Assembly (NCBI RefSeq): GCF_006345805.1
Contig: NC_043000.1
Location: forward strand, 67,084,001 to 67,148,000
DNA length: 64,000 nt
Source: Octopus sinensis
Taxonomy: Eukaryota
Direction of reading: 5' to 3'
Positions within the stretch are counted from its first letter, which is position 1. Each line of letters begins with the position of its first letter. This document shows positions 51,156-64,000 of this stretch, in pieces. Both the position numbers and the translations under genes were made by a program. Below the pieces are notes generated by a model, which was not told the DNA's origin, did not search any database, and saw only the letters and a program-made list of their open reading frames with translations.

Positions 51156-51359
51156 GGCGTAGGAGTGGCCGTGGGGTAAGTAGCTTGCTTACCTTAATGG
51201 CGAATTTTCATAAAATAAAGTAGCTTGCTTACCAACCACATGGTTCCGGGTTCAGTCCCACTGCGTGACACCTTGGGCAAGTGTCTTCTACTATAGTCTC
51301 AGGCCGACCAAAGCTTGTGAGTGGATTTGATAGGCGGAAACTGAAAGAGGCCCGTCGTA

Positions 51360-51428
<69 letters not shown>

Positions 51429-51637
51429 ATATGTTGTGGTGTCTGTGTTTGTCCCCCCAACATTGCTTGACAACTGATGCTGGTGTGTTTACGTCCCCGT
51501 AACTTAGCAGTTCGGCAAAAGAGACCGATAGAATAAGTACTAGGCTTACAAAGAATAAGTCCTGGGATCGATTTGCTCGACTAAAGGCGGTGCTCCAGCA
51601 TGACCACAGTCAAATGACTGAAACAAGTAAAAGAGTA
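51156..51637 (+). mobile_element. SINE family A with a 24-bp insertion in the head
   Basis: Complete element; AAGTAGCTTGCTTACC duplicated around the insert. Confidence 0.92.
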
Positions 51638-51954
51638 AATGAGCATATTTGGAATGGTTTCTTGGTAACCACAACCACCCACCTTTGATATGTCGCAGAA
51701 CAATGTCTTGGGCATCGGTCTTGTACTCTGTTTTTTCGTTGTTTGGAAAAGTCCGTTTGCATGTTTTTGTTTTTATGTTTTCGTTTCTCATTGTGTTCTA
51801 CGTTTTTTTTGTGTCCTGTACCTATATATGCATGTATATATACATATAGATGTAGGTATGTACATATATGTATGTATGTATGCATATGTTTTATTTATTT
51901 ATGTGTTAACTTTTAGAATGCTTTTAATCAACTTAGCAGTATTTGTTCTTCACT

Positions 51955-52490
51955 ATATATCATCATCATCATCGTCGTCGTCGTTGTCGTTGTCACCATC
52001 ATCATCATTAACAACAGCAGCATCAGTATCAGTAGGAACAGCTTCCTCATCATCACCACCGTAACACTACTACTGCTGTCGACTATGTCCCATTTCTTCC
52101 TCCTTCCTCTCCATCCTCCTCCCCATTTCCTTCCTTCCTCCTCTTCTCCCTCCTTCTCCTCCTCCTCTGCCTCATCCTCCTCCTCCTCTGCCTCATCCTC
52201 CTCTTTCTCTTTGTCCCTCTCTTGCTCTTCGTTTTCTCTTCGTCATTCTCTTGCTCCTCTTCTACAACCATTCATATCCTCTTCCTTTTCTCTGTCCTTC
52301 CCTTCTTCCTCCCTCCTTTCCGTCCTCCCCTCCATCTCCTCCTCCTCTTCCTCCCTATCTTGCTCTTCTGCCTCTTCTTCCACCCCTCCTCCCCGCCACT
52401 CCCCTCCACCTCCTCACCTCCACTACGTCCCCCTCCTCCTCCACCCCTTCACCCTCCTCCTCCTCATCATCACCATCAGCATCATCTCTA
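51955..52490. repeat. Pyrimidine-rich (CCT/CTT/CAT)n low-complexity tract
   Basis: Directly visible. Confidence 0.9.
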
Positions 52491-53351
52491 GCGCAACCGC
52501 CATATTCCTATTCAAAACAATAATAAAAAAAATCAATTTTAAATCCTTGGAGGATTTCATTTAGATTTCCTCGTGCAAAGAGCGAATCCCGTTTTTGCCC
52601 TTATATTGTTTTTATCTTTCTGGGTTTTTTTCCATGCCTGAAATATGATCTACATTAACTATTAAGGAGATATAATCCCTGTATTATGTTATTTCACAAT
52701 GGCAGACCAAGTCCTCATCTAATGATGACTGACCTATAAATCCAAATCAATTTTCATTCCCCAACAATAACTAGTTTTCTAGTCACACTCAAAAATGTCA
52801 GGAGGTGATTAGCCTATAATAATTTGGATGACCTTTAAGCATGTTCTTGATTTATAAGTTGTGGCATTTTCTATAGCCTTTCAAAGCTCGCTAATATATG
52901 CAAAAAGGGATAAAATTAAATGCATACTGCAAATAATGAAACAGTCAACCGATACGATAAGGGACTTTGTAGTAGCCAGCATATTTGGTGTTTAGTACTG
53001 ATGTCATTAAGCAAACGTGACACTTGCTATATTAGCAAGAGATAGCTTCATAATAATAGAGTACATACACATGTTGAATATTCTTTATAATTTTTCTTTA
53101 TTTGATTTTGGAATAGGAAAAGTTATAGCACTTGTTGATGAAAAGCCATCATTAAAATATATGTAAATATAATATATAATATATGATAATATGATAAATA
53201 ATTAATTAATAAGGGTGAGAGAATTAGATACTAATTTAATAGTATATTTATTCAACACCAAGTGGCCTAGTGCTACGAGAAACCTGGATTATTATAATAT
53301 TTTATCACATATTATAATATATTTATTTTGATAATATGATATATATATATA

Positions 53352-53768
53352 TATTCTTTTATTCTTTTACTTGTTTTAGTCATTTGACTGCGGTCATGTT
53401 GGAGCTCCGCCTTGAATGGTTTTAGTCCAGCAAATCGATTCCAGGACTTGTTTCTTAAGTCCAGTACTTATTCTATCGGTCTATTTTGTAGAACCGCTAA
53501 GTTACCAACACCGGTTGCTAAGCGGTGATGGTGGGGGCCAAACACAGACACAAAGACACATACACGCACACACACACTGACATACACACACACACACATA
53601 CACACACATACATACATACGTCGGGCTTCTTTCAGTTTCTGTCTATAATATCCATTCACTAGGCTTTGGTGTGCCCGAAGCTATAATAGAAGACACCCTA
53701 GGCTCCACGCAAGTGGAAGTGAATTTGGAACCTTGTGACTGGGAAGCAAGCTTCTTACCACACAGCCA
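53352..53768 (-). mobile_element. SINE family A
   Basis: Head and tail motifs, central (CA)n. Confidence 0.88.
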
Positions 53769-54258
53769 CACACACACACATGTTTGTGTGAGTGTTTGTG
53801 TGTGTGTATGTGTGTGTGTGTAAGAGCGCACTTTTGATGCAAGTCTGATAAAGTGCCACTCTAATGTTTAAAACTGCAAATATTACGTAAATATTCACTT
53901 CGAACTTTTGCGTAAATTGGTATTGCAAGCAGAGATGGTAGGAAAAAATTGTAACTGATCATTAAAGTTATGTTAAAGTATTTTCTTTGCCTTATCATTT
54001 GAATTATATCTTACTCTTTGCTAAATCCACATAACAGTTTCACCGTCGTGCAGCCAGGATTTTCTACAGCTGAAGAAATTCGGTATTAGTCTGGAATACG
54101 AGAGTGTTGATAGCCTAGAACTCGGGTTGAGTGCTTCATTGGAAATACCCTATCTTTATGTCCCACCAGAACCTTGTATTTATGTACACACACACACACA
54201 CACACACCACACACACCACACACACATATATATATAATATATATATATATATATGAGA

Positions 54259-54909
54259 TCCAATGCAAGGAAATAAAACAACGGGTAGAAAAATACAGGG
54301 AACTCATATATAAACGTTTCAAAAAAGACTTTATCACCAAAGCCATCCAATTAATACTCGAAGAAAACTCATTCTCATTTAACAAGACATATCGACAGAT
54401 AAAAGGCACGGCTATGGGTACGAAATTCGCACCTTCATATGTCAACCTGGTGATCGGTTTCCTTGAGAACAAACTATACGATGAAATAGGGAAAGTCTTC
54501 GAACACGACTTCAGAGAAGACATCAAGAAAAAGTGGAAACGCTACCTCGATGACTGTTTCATCTTTTGGAACAGATCAGTAGATCTACGAACATTCCACA
54601 ACATCCTCAACACACTGAACCCATCTATCAACTTCACGATAGATACCAGCTACAACGAACTTCCCTTCCTAGACATCAACATCAAGATACACAACTCCAT
54701 TTCCACAACAGACATCTACTACAAATAACCAACACACACCAATACTTAAATTTATACTCCTGCCACCCATCCCACATAAAAAGAAACATTCCATATAGTA
54801 TGGCAAGACGCATATGCAGCATAGTGACCGACTCACAAACACGCCAAATAAGACTAAATGAACTTTAAAACTTCCTACTAGAACAGAAATTACCACTCAA
54901 ATTAATAAA
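54259..54909 (+). pseudogene. Penelope-like RT fragment (Neptune/Poseidon-type), cut by the assembly gap
   Basis: YRQIKGTAMGTKFAPSYVNL, WKRYLDDCF, ELPFLDI, TDIYYK, SCHPSHIKRNIPYS. Confidence 0.93.
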
Positions 54910-55009
54910 NNNNNNNNNNNNNNNNNNNNNNNNNNNNNNNNNNNNNNNNNNNNNNNNNNNNNNNNNNNNNNNNNNNNNNNNNNNNNNNNNNNNNNNNNNN
55001 NNNNNNNNN
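54910..55009. other. Assembly gap (100 N)
   Basis: Run of N. Confidence 1.
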
Positions 55010-55337
55010 TTTCTGAAATTGTTTGTCTTATGTTTTAATTAAATATACTTCCCTTGCCATGAATGTTTAATTATAATGTGGATAGTGTCGTTCACAAAAT
55101 TAAGTTTTCAAAATCTCTCCTACTCTACAGCAATAAATATACAAACTACAGTGTTTATGCAACACTACTACTCAAGTTGTTGCGAGGTTGCACTTCTGTT
55201 GATAAACTTTAATAAAGTAAAATACATCTGAAGTTTTCCTCATAATTAATTTTCGTGTCTATATTATATAATTTATTTCTCAAATTATCAGGGCATTAGT
55301 TCAGCACAAAATGCTTTTTGAGATATTTTCTCCGACT

Positions 55338-55945
55338 CCAAGGTGGTGAGCTGACAGAATCGTTTCTTCGCAGGGAAAAAAATAATTAGAAAGTGAAGTC
55401 GGAAGAAATGCCACCTCGGTCGACTTTGCCTTACATCCTTTCGAGGTCGATAAAAAAATACCAGTTGAACACTGAAGTCAATGTTATCGACTTACCCACT
55501 CACCCGAAACTGCTGGCTTTGTGCCAAAATTTGAAACCAATGTTTGTTCCGGCTCTTTATATTCTAGGTTCGAAACCCATGAGGTCAATTTTGGTTTTTA
55601 TTCCCTTGGGTTCAATAAAAGCAAAAATACCAGTTAAGCACTGGGAGTGGTGTATTTGACTAACTCCGCCCACTCAAAATTGCCGGTCTTCTGCTTAAAT
55701 TAGAAACACTCATTTCTCAACTGATCAGGGCGATAGATTGGTCGAATCATTGGAGGGTCATGCAAAATGTTTTGTGACATTTGCATTCCAGCTCTTTTGC
55801 AGCCCGTGAAGCAATGTCACCAAAGTCAATTTTACTTTTTCATCTTTCGGGGTTCGATAAAATAAAATACCAGTCAACTTTTGCGTTCGACAAGATAACC
55901 TGTTTATTCCTGCCAAATTTCTGGTAAGGTGCTTTAATTAGAAAG
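55338..55945 (+). mobile_element. Three tandem, increasingly decayed family B SINEs
   Basis: Nin-like cores near 55415, 55580 and 55820. Confidence 0.7.
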
Positions 55946-56104
55946 TGTTATTTCTCAAGTCGTCCTATCATGTGGGTGTTTATGAATTGAGATTGTTGTT
56001 TATTAGACTCGAAAATAATTTGAAAGGGTAAAGGTATTGTTAGAACAATTCATAAAAAATTTCCGATAGTTGTCACGATGAGAACGATTGTACTATTGTT
56101 TATG

Positions 56105-56476
56105 CTTTAACTGTCTCAGTCATTAGACTGCTGCCATACAGGGGCACCGCCTTGAAGAAGTTTTAGTCGAATGTATCGACCTCAGTATTTATTTCTTTTA
56201 CAGGCTGGTACATATTCTGTCGGTCACTTTTGTCGAACCGCTAGATAACGGGGACGTAAACACACCAGCACCGGTTGTCAAGTGGTGGTGATGGCAGGGG
56301 CAAACACAGACACACACATACACACAACGGGCTTCTTTCAGTTTCTGTCTACCGAATCTACTCACAGTTTCCGTTTACCAAATCCACTCATTTTCTCAAG
56401 GTGCTATGCAGTTGGATTGAACCCGGAATCATGTGGTTGGGAAGCAAGTTTCTTAGCGCTCAGCCATGCCTGCGCC
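56105..56476 (-). mobile_element. SINE family A
   Basis: Head and tail motifs on the minus strand. Confidence 0.85.
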
Positions 56477-56592
56477 TATGATTACATTTGATAATTAAAA
56501 TTACAATTCCTGATCAACGCTTATATTTCTATTATTATTTATCCGTATATTCTCGGCGTTCTAATATTGGTTTCAAATTTTGACACAAGGTC

Positions 56593-56782
56593 AGCAATTT
56601 TGAAGTTGGGAGTTAGTCGATTACATCGACGCTAGTGTTTAACTGATGCTTATTTTATCAACCATAAAAGGATGAAACGCAAAGTTGACCTCCCCAGAAT
56701 TTGAATTCAGAACGTCAGTACGGACGAAATGCCGCTAGGTATTTGTCCGGAGTGCTAACAACTCTGCCAGCTCGCCTCACCT
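56593..56782 (-). mobile_element. SINE family B
   Basis: Nin-like core on the minus strand. Confidence 0.85.
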
Positions 56783-56983
56783 TTAAGTAAACGTACGTTC
56801 ATCCATTGAGTGATTTGGTAAGATGAAAAAAATTTGTGGGTACAAGTGACATGAACTTTAACCCACATAATTGCATAATTCATTCTCTATTGCTAGAGAG
56901 TGTATTATACAATAACTTTGTTATTCGCTACTTATTTCTCCCAATTTCCTACTCTATTTTTTTCTTTCTACTATAAGCACGAC

Positions 56984-57425
56984 TGAAATTTGGATGGAGG
57001 GGATCTAGTTGATTGCATCGACCTCAGTACTCGACTAGTACTTGTTTTATCGATCCCGAAAGAATGAAAGGGCGAAGTAGACCTCGGCAGAATTTGAACT
57101 TAGAATTTGAAAAGGCGACGAGCTGGCAGAATCGTAAGCACGCCGGGCGAAATGCTTAGCGGTCTGTCTTTACGTTCTGAGTTCAAATTCTGCCGAGGTC
57201 GATTTTACCTTTCATCCTTTCGGGGTCGATAAATTAAGTACCAGTTACGCACTGGGGTCGATGTAATCGACTTAATCCCTTTGTTTGTCCTTGTTTGTCC
57301 CCTCTCTGTTTAACTCCTTGTGGGTAATAAAGAAATAAGAATTTGAACTTAGAACATAAAACCGGAAGAATTTACTGCTAGGCGTTTTGTCTGGCGCGTT
57401 AACATTTCTATCAGCTCACTGCCTT
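56984..57425 (-). mobile_element. Family B SINE split by a younger family B copy
   Basis: Tail and core at 56984-57105, head at 57340-57425. Confidence 0.85.
57112..57339 (+). mobile_element. Young family B SINE with 15-bp TSD
   Basis: AATTTGAACTTAGAA at 57091-57105 and 57340-57354. Confidence 0.92.
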
Positions 57426-58054
57426 AGTATCCTACTGTATTGAAATGTTTCCGGGAAGCAAGTTAGTTTGAATTATGTTTGACAAACACCACACTTCACC
57501 GATCAAATATTTATTTAATGATTCCCGATCTTTATTTTAGTTGCAAGTATATTTGAACTTTTGGCTGATTAAGACATCACACAAATAGAATTATATTATC
57601 GTTTGTGTCAAGTTATGCATGTTAAGATACATGAGTCATATGCTAGATTACACAGTTCTTGATATTCCTATGTGACATCGATCTCAAAGGAAATCTTTTT
57701 ATAAGAGATTCTTCCATTGTTACGTAGTTGTTGTGATCAAACTGTATAGGTCAATATTATTCTTCGCGGCAATGGAATTATGCGATTGATTCCAACCAAG
57801 GAACGCCGTGAGTTTGATCGCCACAAAGTTATGTTTCCAAGGATACATGCAGCGCTTCAGATAGATTGGAACTGCATGATTGGAACTGCGATGAAATATT
57901 ATATCGTTAAAAAATACGAGAAAATTTTTTTTAATATATCCTAAGCAAGTAAACAATATAGTATGCGATCAAATCAAATAAAAAAAAAATATATATGAGT
58001 GCGAGTGTGCGTATGAACACATACACACACATACATATATATACATACACACGA

Positions 58055-58133
<79 letters not shown>

Positions 58134-58485
58134 CACATACAGACACACAAACAAAAAGAAAGAGAGAGGTAGTAAGGTAGATAAATACAAGCTTAATGCA
58201 TGTATTTATTTATATGAAGCATGAAAAATACAGGATGAAAATAAAGAAATATATGTTGAGAAAATATATGATGACTTATCACGACAGCTGTTTCAAAAAG
58301 CCAAGAGTCACATAATAACCATAATTTACAGGTGATATATGCATAATGATATGTGCGTTTATCATTTTCCTTTTGTAAAGGAAGCTGAACTTACTGTAAT
58401 AACTTCATCTGATTGGTCACTGGTTGCATACATATGACATTATGCACACAAATATATATACTCACAATCATATATAGGTGGGGAG

Positions 58486-58873
58486 GCGCAATGGCCCAGT
58501 GGTTAGGGCAGCGGACTCGCGGTCGTAGAATCGCGGTTTCGATTCCCAGACCGGGCGTTGTGAGTGTTTATTGAGCGAAAACACCTAAAAGCTCCACGAG
58601 GCTCCGGCAGGGATGGTGGTGATCCCTGCTGTACTCTTTCATCACAACTTTCTCTCACTCTTACTTCCTGTTTCTGTTGTACCTGTATTTCAAAGGGCCA
58701 GCCTTGTCACTCTCTGTGTCACGCTGAATATCCCCGAGAACTACGTTAAGAGTACACGTGTCTGTGGAGTGCTCAGCCACTTACACGTTAATTTCACGAG
58801 CAGGCTGTTCCGTTGATTCGGATCAACCGGAACCCTCGTCGTCGTAACCGACGGAGTGCTTCCATTCCATTCC
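58486..58873 (+). mobile_element. tRNA-derived SINE family C with (TTCCA)n tail
   Basis: A-box TGGCCCAGTGG, B-box GTTTCGATTCC; 14-bp TSD ATATAGGT(G/A)GGGAG at 58472-58485 and 58874-58887. Confidence 0.9.
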
Positions 58874-59899
58874 ATATAGGTAGGGAGTGGTATTCTTTGC
58901 CTGTTTACAGCTTCTCAAGTGGTATAGGTGGTATCATTACAGTTCTTTCTCTGTTGTGCAACGAAGTTAAATGGTGAATTTTTTCAAGTATAATCAGTTC
59001 TTCCAAGGCTGTTTTTTTTCCAGAGTTGCTTGTTGAATTTTAGCTCCGAAACATTTGTAGCTATTCCGTGAAGATTACTTATTTTTCGATCATTAATCGG
59101 GATTATTCTCATTAATCTAGGGGAAGTATGTAGTGTGTGCAGACCGCACAGAGCAGCCATTTACAAATATATATTGGCGGCGTGATACGTATAAGGAAGA
59201 AGGCTGCTAGGTCGGCCAAAACCCACCATAAACCTATTCCACGCGCCACTGATTACATTTTTTGTTGTTTCCAAGCCCAGTTTACCGGAAGTCACTCTAT
59301 CACACAGTATTTCAAACTCCCTTCTTTTTCCTAGGTAAATTAACTTTTGTAAATTCTTCATGAATAGTCATTGGTTCTCTAATCTGTTAATAAACTTTAA
59401 ACTAGAATGGAACATTACAGGAAAACAACTGCCCAGAACAGTTTTCTAAATGACGTCAGAATCCATCCTATTGTTTCTTTGCTAGCGCTTTAATTATTGC
59501 AGCTGTGTAGCCTCATCATCGAACAAACCTTTGTTTTGAGTTAGTTTGAATGTGTGTACTGCAGTGTCTAGGGATTGACTTCTTCACTGACTTTGGCGAT
59601 CGTTAATTCTATTTGCTTGTAGCAATGGTTCCACTGTGTTGTTGTGTGTGCGTTTATGTTCATTGATTGCCAGTTATTACGATGCTGATGATGATAAAGA
59701 AGACCATGAGGACGAGGAGGAAGATAATAAAAGGTATGTATATAGAGAAGTGTTTATGAATTCATTACCATTCGTTGTTGTGGTTAAACATATGGAACAA
59801 AGGGTGATAAAGTTGCTGTAGTTAACATGGTGAGGTATGTGACAGTCAATCCTGGTTGTGTTAATGTGAAGGCTGTTAGGCTGCGATGCTATTGTACCA

Positions 59900-60260
59900 C
59901 CCTATGAGTTATTTGTATGGTGTTTGTGTCACGGTGTGCTGTGTGCATTAAGACCTACAGATTAAGATCTTTGGATATGTATTAAGACGCAGTAGGGACG
60001 TATGTAATTCAGTGGGCCGGTTGGTTGAGTTGGATGTCATATGTATAGGCATAAGATGGCAATATATTCCATGCAAATGGCTTTAATTTTGAATGCTTGT
60101 GTTTTGGGGGAGTTGTTGCGTCTTAGCGAGAGTTATTATTCGTATCTTTCTGTCTATTCGCTGGATACACGACTTTGTGTTTTAAGATTTCCGCCATAAT
60201 GAATTTTTGTAACCTTATTAATATGTAATTTAGAATTTCCTGGGTCCCGTGCTGCATTTT
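59900..60260 (-). pseudogene. Possible decayed Penelope GIY-YIG region
   Basis: Weak motif order HYGGNLKTQ...LKPFAWNIL. Confidence 0.25.
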
Positions 60261-60279
60261 TAATTTCATTTCTTTTATT

Positions 60280-60280
<1 letters not shown>

Positions 60281-60372
<92 letters not shown>

Positions 60373-60455
60373 AATCTACTTACCTACCTACCTCCTACCT
60401 ACCTACCTACCTACCTACCTACCTACCTACCTACCCACCTGCCTGCCTGCCTGCT

Positions 60456-60487
<32 letters not shown>

Positions 60488-60502
60488 TGTCTATCTGTCT
60501 GT
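60281..60502. repeat. Compound tetranucleotide microsatellite TATC>TACC>TGCC>TGTC
   Basis: Directly visible. Confidence 0.95.
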
Positions 60503-60616
60503 AAGGCGTGTAATTGTAAGAATTTTCTAGACAATAACTGACAAGGAATGAGCAACATCCATGTTTTGTGCGAGAATTTTCCTTTGTGTTGCCGCTTATT
60601 TTCTGAATATATATAT

Positions 60617-60820
60617 ATATGAAGTAAAAGCACCTCTAGTGTAATAAATATTATTAAATACATCTACTGATGTATATGTTTTGGGTGTTTTCCATTGGCT
60701 GCAATGGCGTAGCGGAGTATATAACTCTCATGTCGCCAGTGTTAAAACACCTTAGAGTCTTGGACAGGCAAGGTAACTCACCCTCAGTCCCATTAGGGTG
60801 TGATGGACATCGATGTTTCG
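60617..60820 (+). mobile_element. Long-TIR MITE, truncated copy
   Basis: Starts like 60961; 60668-60820 is an inverted match to about 61587-61740. Confidence 0.65.
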
Positions 60821-60960
60821 CCATTTCTGTGGCTTGTCAGCATCACACAGTCGTTTGTGTTGAAGGCGAATCAACTAGTCAGTCCACGATCTATATGCTC
60901 ATGGCTTGTAAAATCATGAGCTGGTATGTCCGGAAATTGCATACTTAAGAGAAAATTTAC

Positions 60961-61755
60961 ATATGAAGTAAAAACAACCCTAGTTTAATAAATATTATTA
61001 AATACATATACAGTAATCCCTAGCCATATCGCGGTTCATCTATCGCGGTTCACCTATCGCGGTTCACCTATCACGCACTCAGTACATCGCGGTTCTCCAA
61101 TCACGCACTCAGTACATTGAGAATTTTTCTGGCTAATATATGTAAATTTATATCGCCGACTCCTCAGCATATCGCGGGTTTCTGCGGCTGATAGGTATTT
61201 ATATTTTTTAGATTGTAATTATTTCTGTGGTAAAATAAGCATTTTCACGCCTAAAAATTAATAAATTAATAAATATAAATAGAGTACAGTACTGCACTGT
61301 ATAACACATTAGTAAAAATATATTAAAGGAAAATACGTAGTGTACCGTAGATGAGTAAACAAAGAATCGCACATACTGTATGGAAAACGAAACTGGGGAT
61401 GCGAGTGTGTGGTATTGCTTTGCATTTATAATAAAATAAATATATACAAATTATAAAAAGGATAAAAAATATATACTGTACTGTTTCTACTTCGCGGATT
61501 TTCACTTATCACGGGAGGTTTTGGAACGTAACACCCGCGATAGTCGAGAGATTACTGTATAGATGTTTTGTGCATTTTCCGGTGCTGCAAACATCAATGT
61601 CCATCACTCCCAAATGGAATTGAGGGAGAGTTGTCTTGTCTGTCCATGACTCTAAGGTATCTTAACACCAGCAGCATGAAAGTTATATACTCCGCTATGC
61701 CATCGCAGCCAACGGAAAATACACAAACCATATACATTAGTATGTGTATTTAACA

Positions 61756-61758
<3 letters not shown>
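60961..61758 (-). mobile_element. Long-TIR MITE whose left TIR is interrupted by the Tigger MITE
   Basis: 61559-61590 pairs with 61705-61740; GTGTATTTAACAATAT continues the inverted repeat of 60990-61007. Confidence 0.6.
61011..61557. mobile_element. Tigger-type MITE (547 bp), complete
   Basis: TIRs CAGTAATCCCTAGCCATATCGCGG / CCGCGATAGTCGAGAGATTACTG; TA on both sides. Confidence 0.93.
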
Positions 61759-61833
<75 letters not shown>

Positions 61834-61834
61834 C

Positions 61835-61906
<72 letters not shown>

Positions 61907-62169
61907 TTCTTGACCCATGGACTCATAATACCGATTACCCGGTTTCCATAGCGTATAAATGACCGAGCCATGCTGAATGGGTCGCTGGTCCGTTGCAGGT
62001 TTCAAGACCAACACTTTTGAGGAGAGTGGACGACTTGATTTCATCAACGACAGTGTTTCATAGGTACTTTATTTTATCGCACCCGAACTGGGATATATAA
62101 TCCAGGCATTCACCGCATGAATCACTACTACGGATGATGGTTATCTAAAATCTGAAAAGTGGGAATGTC

Positions 62170-62880
62170 TCTTAAGACACCACTGCTCCAATAATCCCCA
62201 AATCTACAAACCATTCGAAGAATGGAGTTAGCAAGTTGCATTTATTTCTTAGTTTACAATTATTTCGCCGATTTCCATTGTAACCAATCTTGCAGCATGT
62301 CGTTACCAAATCATTAATTGTAGATATGGTAATGACACGATGCAAGAATGGTAATAATAGAAATCGGTGAAACAATTGTAAACCAAGCAATAAATGCTAT
62401 TTGCTTACTCCGTTCTCCGATATCTTTTATAAGTGTGTGTATGTGTGTGATAAGTTTCACACACAAGCAGATGCACAAACAAAAACATATACATGCTCGC
62501 CCACGCGAATTCTGAGTTTCTTGAAGCGCAATGTCTTCCGGTTTACTGTTTTAGACTCTTATTGATCTCAACCATCAAATTTTGATCTCCTTCAATAGTG
62601 TGTTAATTATGTTAATATATTATGTTGTATCCGGTTAGTGAGAGATTTTGACGTGGTTGACTTCAATTGTGTCTCCACGAATAATGTAAATTTATCCGGT
62701 ATCATATGCATTTCAGTGATATTTGAATATTTTGAAATCCACTCCATGCAGGTTCCTCATGTTGTGTGAGATTGTATTGAGTAGATGGGCTATTGTAGTA
62801 TTTAGTTAGAATCTCGGGAAAATACGGAATTGTTAGTCCTATGTAATGACACACAATTTTTTATGTGTAAGTTTTTGGTG
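62170..62880 (-). pseudogene. Possible decayed Penelope C-terminal region
   Basis: RNNCKLRNKCNLL and HYIGLT motifs, but not in collinear order. Confidence 0.2.
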
Positions 62881-62898
62881 CGAGTACTATTTATTTTT

Positions 62899-63139
62899 TT
62901 ATCTTTAACTTGTTTCAGTCACTAGATTGCGGTCATACTGGGGCACCACATTGAAGAATTTTTAGTCGACCGCAGCTCTTAATATTTTACTAAACCTGGC
63001 AATTATTCTTTCGGTCCCTTGCCGAACCTCTAAGTTACGGGGACAAAACACACTAGCACCGGCTGTCAAGCGGTGGTGGGACACACACACACACACACGC
63101 ACACACACACACACACACACACACCACACACACACACAC

Positions 63140-63171
<32 letters not shown>

Positions 63172-63350
63172 TACACATACACGCACGCACACACACACAT
63201 ATAGGACGGGCTTCTTTCAGTTTCCATCTACCAAATCCTAATCTACTATATTAGAAGACACTTTTGTCCAAGATGCCACGCTGTGGGACTGAAACCGGAA
63301 CTGTGTGGTTAGGAAGCAAGCTTGTTATCACACCGCCACGTTTGCGCCTC
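62899..63350 (-). mobile_element. SINE family A
   Basis: Head and tail motifs, central (CA)n. Confidence 0.88.
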
Positions 63351-63602
63351 TGAATAATTTCTCATGTAAATTATTCCATGTTCTCAATTGTTTCTTATAG
63401 CATTGCATAAATGCTATATTCTATGTGAAGAATCATCGGATGTCTACCATGAGAGCGCAACAGAACTATAGTTATGAGAAGTATTCCAACCTACGGCGAC
63501 AATGTCTCAAGATCTATCATGTTGGTTTTTTGTGCGCTTTTGTAAAATACCAGTTGTTAGTATTTTTCTAATTGCTATTAACTGGTCTCGCGCAGACACT
63601 AA

Positions 63603-63854
63603 CTCTTTTACTTGTTTCAGTCATTTGACTGTGGCCATGCTGGAGCACCGCCTTTAGTCGAGCAAATCGACCCCAGGAGTTATTCTTTGTAACCTTAGTA
63701 CTTATTCTATCGGTCTCTTTTGCCGAACCGCTAAGTTACGGGGACGTAAACACACCAACATCGGTTGTCAAGCGATGTTGGGGGACAAACACAGACACAC
63801 ACAAACACACACACACACACACGCACACACGCACACACACACACACACACGCAC

Positions 63855-63885
<31 letters not shown>

Positions 63886-64000
63886 GCACACACGCACACA
63901 CACACACATATATAAATATACATATATACGACGGGCTTCTTTCAGTTTCCGTCTACCAAATCCACTCACAAGGCTTTGGTCGGCCCGAAGCTATAGCAGA
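63603..64000 (-). mobile_element. SINE family A, runs off the window
   Basis: Tail, central (CA)n and core on the minus strand. Confidence 0.9.

Noticed and set aside
51955-52564. Ser/Pro-rich and Arg/Glu-rich ORFs
   Set aside because: They arise from (CCT/CTT)n low complexity; no domain or splice support
57700-57910. Minus-strand segment faintly like a GIY-YIG start (RYNISS...CSSNL)
   Set aside because: Too degenerate to support a call
58486-58560. tRNA-like heads (also at 198, 1043 and 18475) as tRNA genes
   Set aside because: They keep A/B boxes but no complete cloverleaf, and continue into multi-copy SINE bodies

Overview
AT-rich eukaryotic DNA that is almost entirely transposon relics and microsatellites. 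No host gene, rRNA, bona fide tRNA or CRISPR array is supportable, and there is one 100-N assembly gap. The SINE families and microsatellite load suggest an octopod cephalopod (inference from recalled repeat families). Retroelements: a near full-length degenerate RTE LINE (1.6-5.1 kb), a Tx1-clade LINE (25-30.5 kb) plus a second Tx1 3' end, two stacked R4/Dong-like RLE-type LINEs (41.7-44.7 kb), many Penelope-like fragments from two lineages, and about 30 tRNA-derived SINEs of at least four architectures. DNA elements: a Tigger/pogo element, two mariners, two Tc1s, a Helitron cluster (19-25 kb), and piggyBac, hAT, mariner and Tigger MITEs. The best leads are: (i) an HDV-like ribozyme-shaped motif at the RTE 5' end; (ii) a variant-core hammerhead in a Penelope terminal repeat; (iii) short patches apparently copied from neighbouring loci; (iv) an R4 element with an internal inversion; (v) a three-level Tc1>Tx1>piggyBac nest; (vi) possible microsatellite-targeted retroelements; (vii) module-shuffled SINEs. 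All alignments, translations and folds were done by eye; element boundaries are approximate unless termini or target-site duplications (TSDs) are given.
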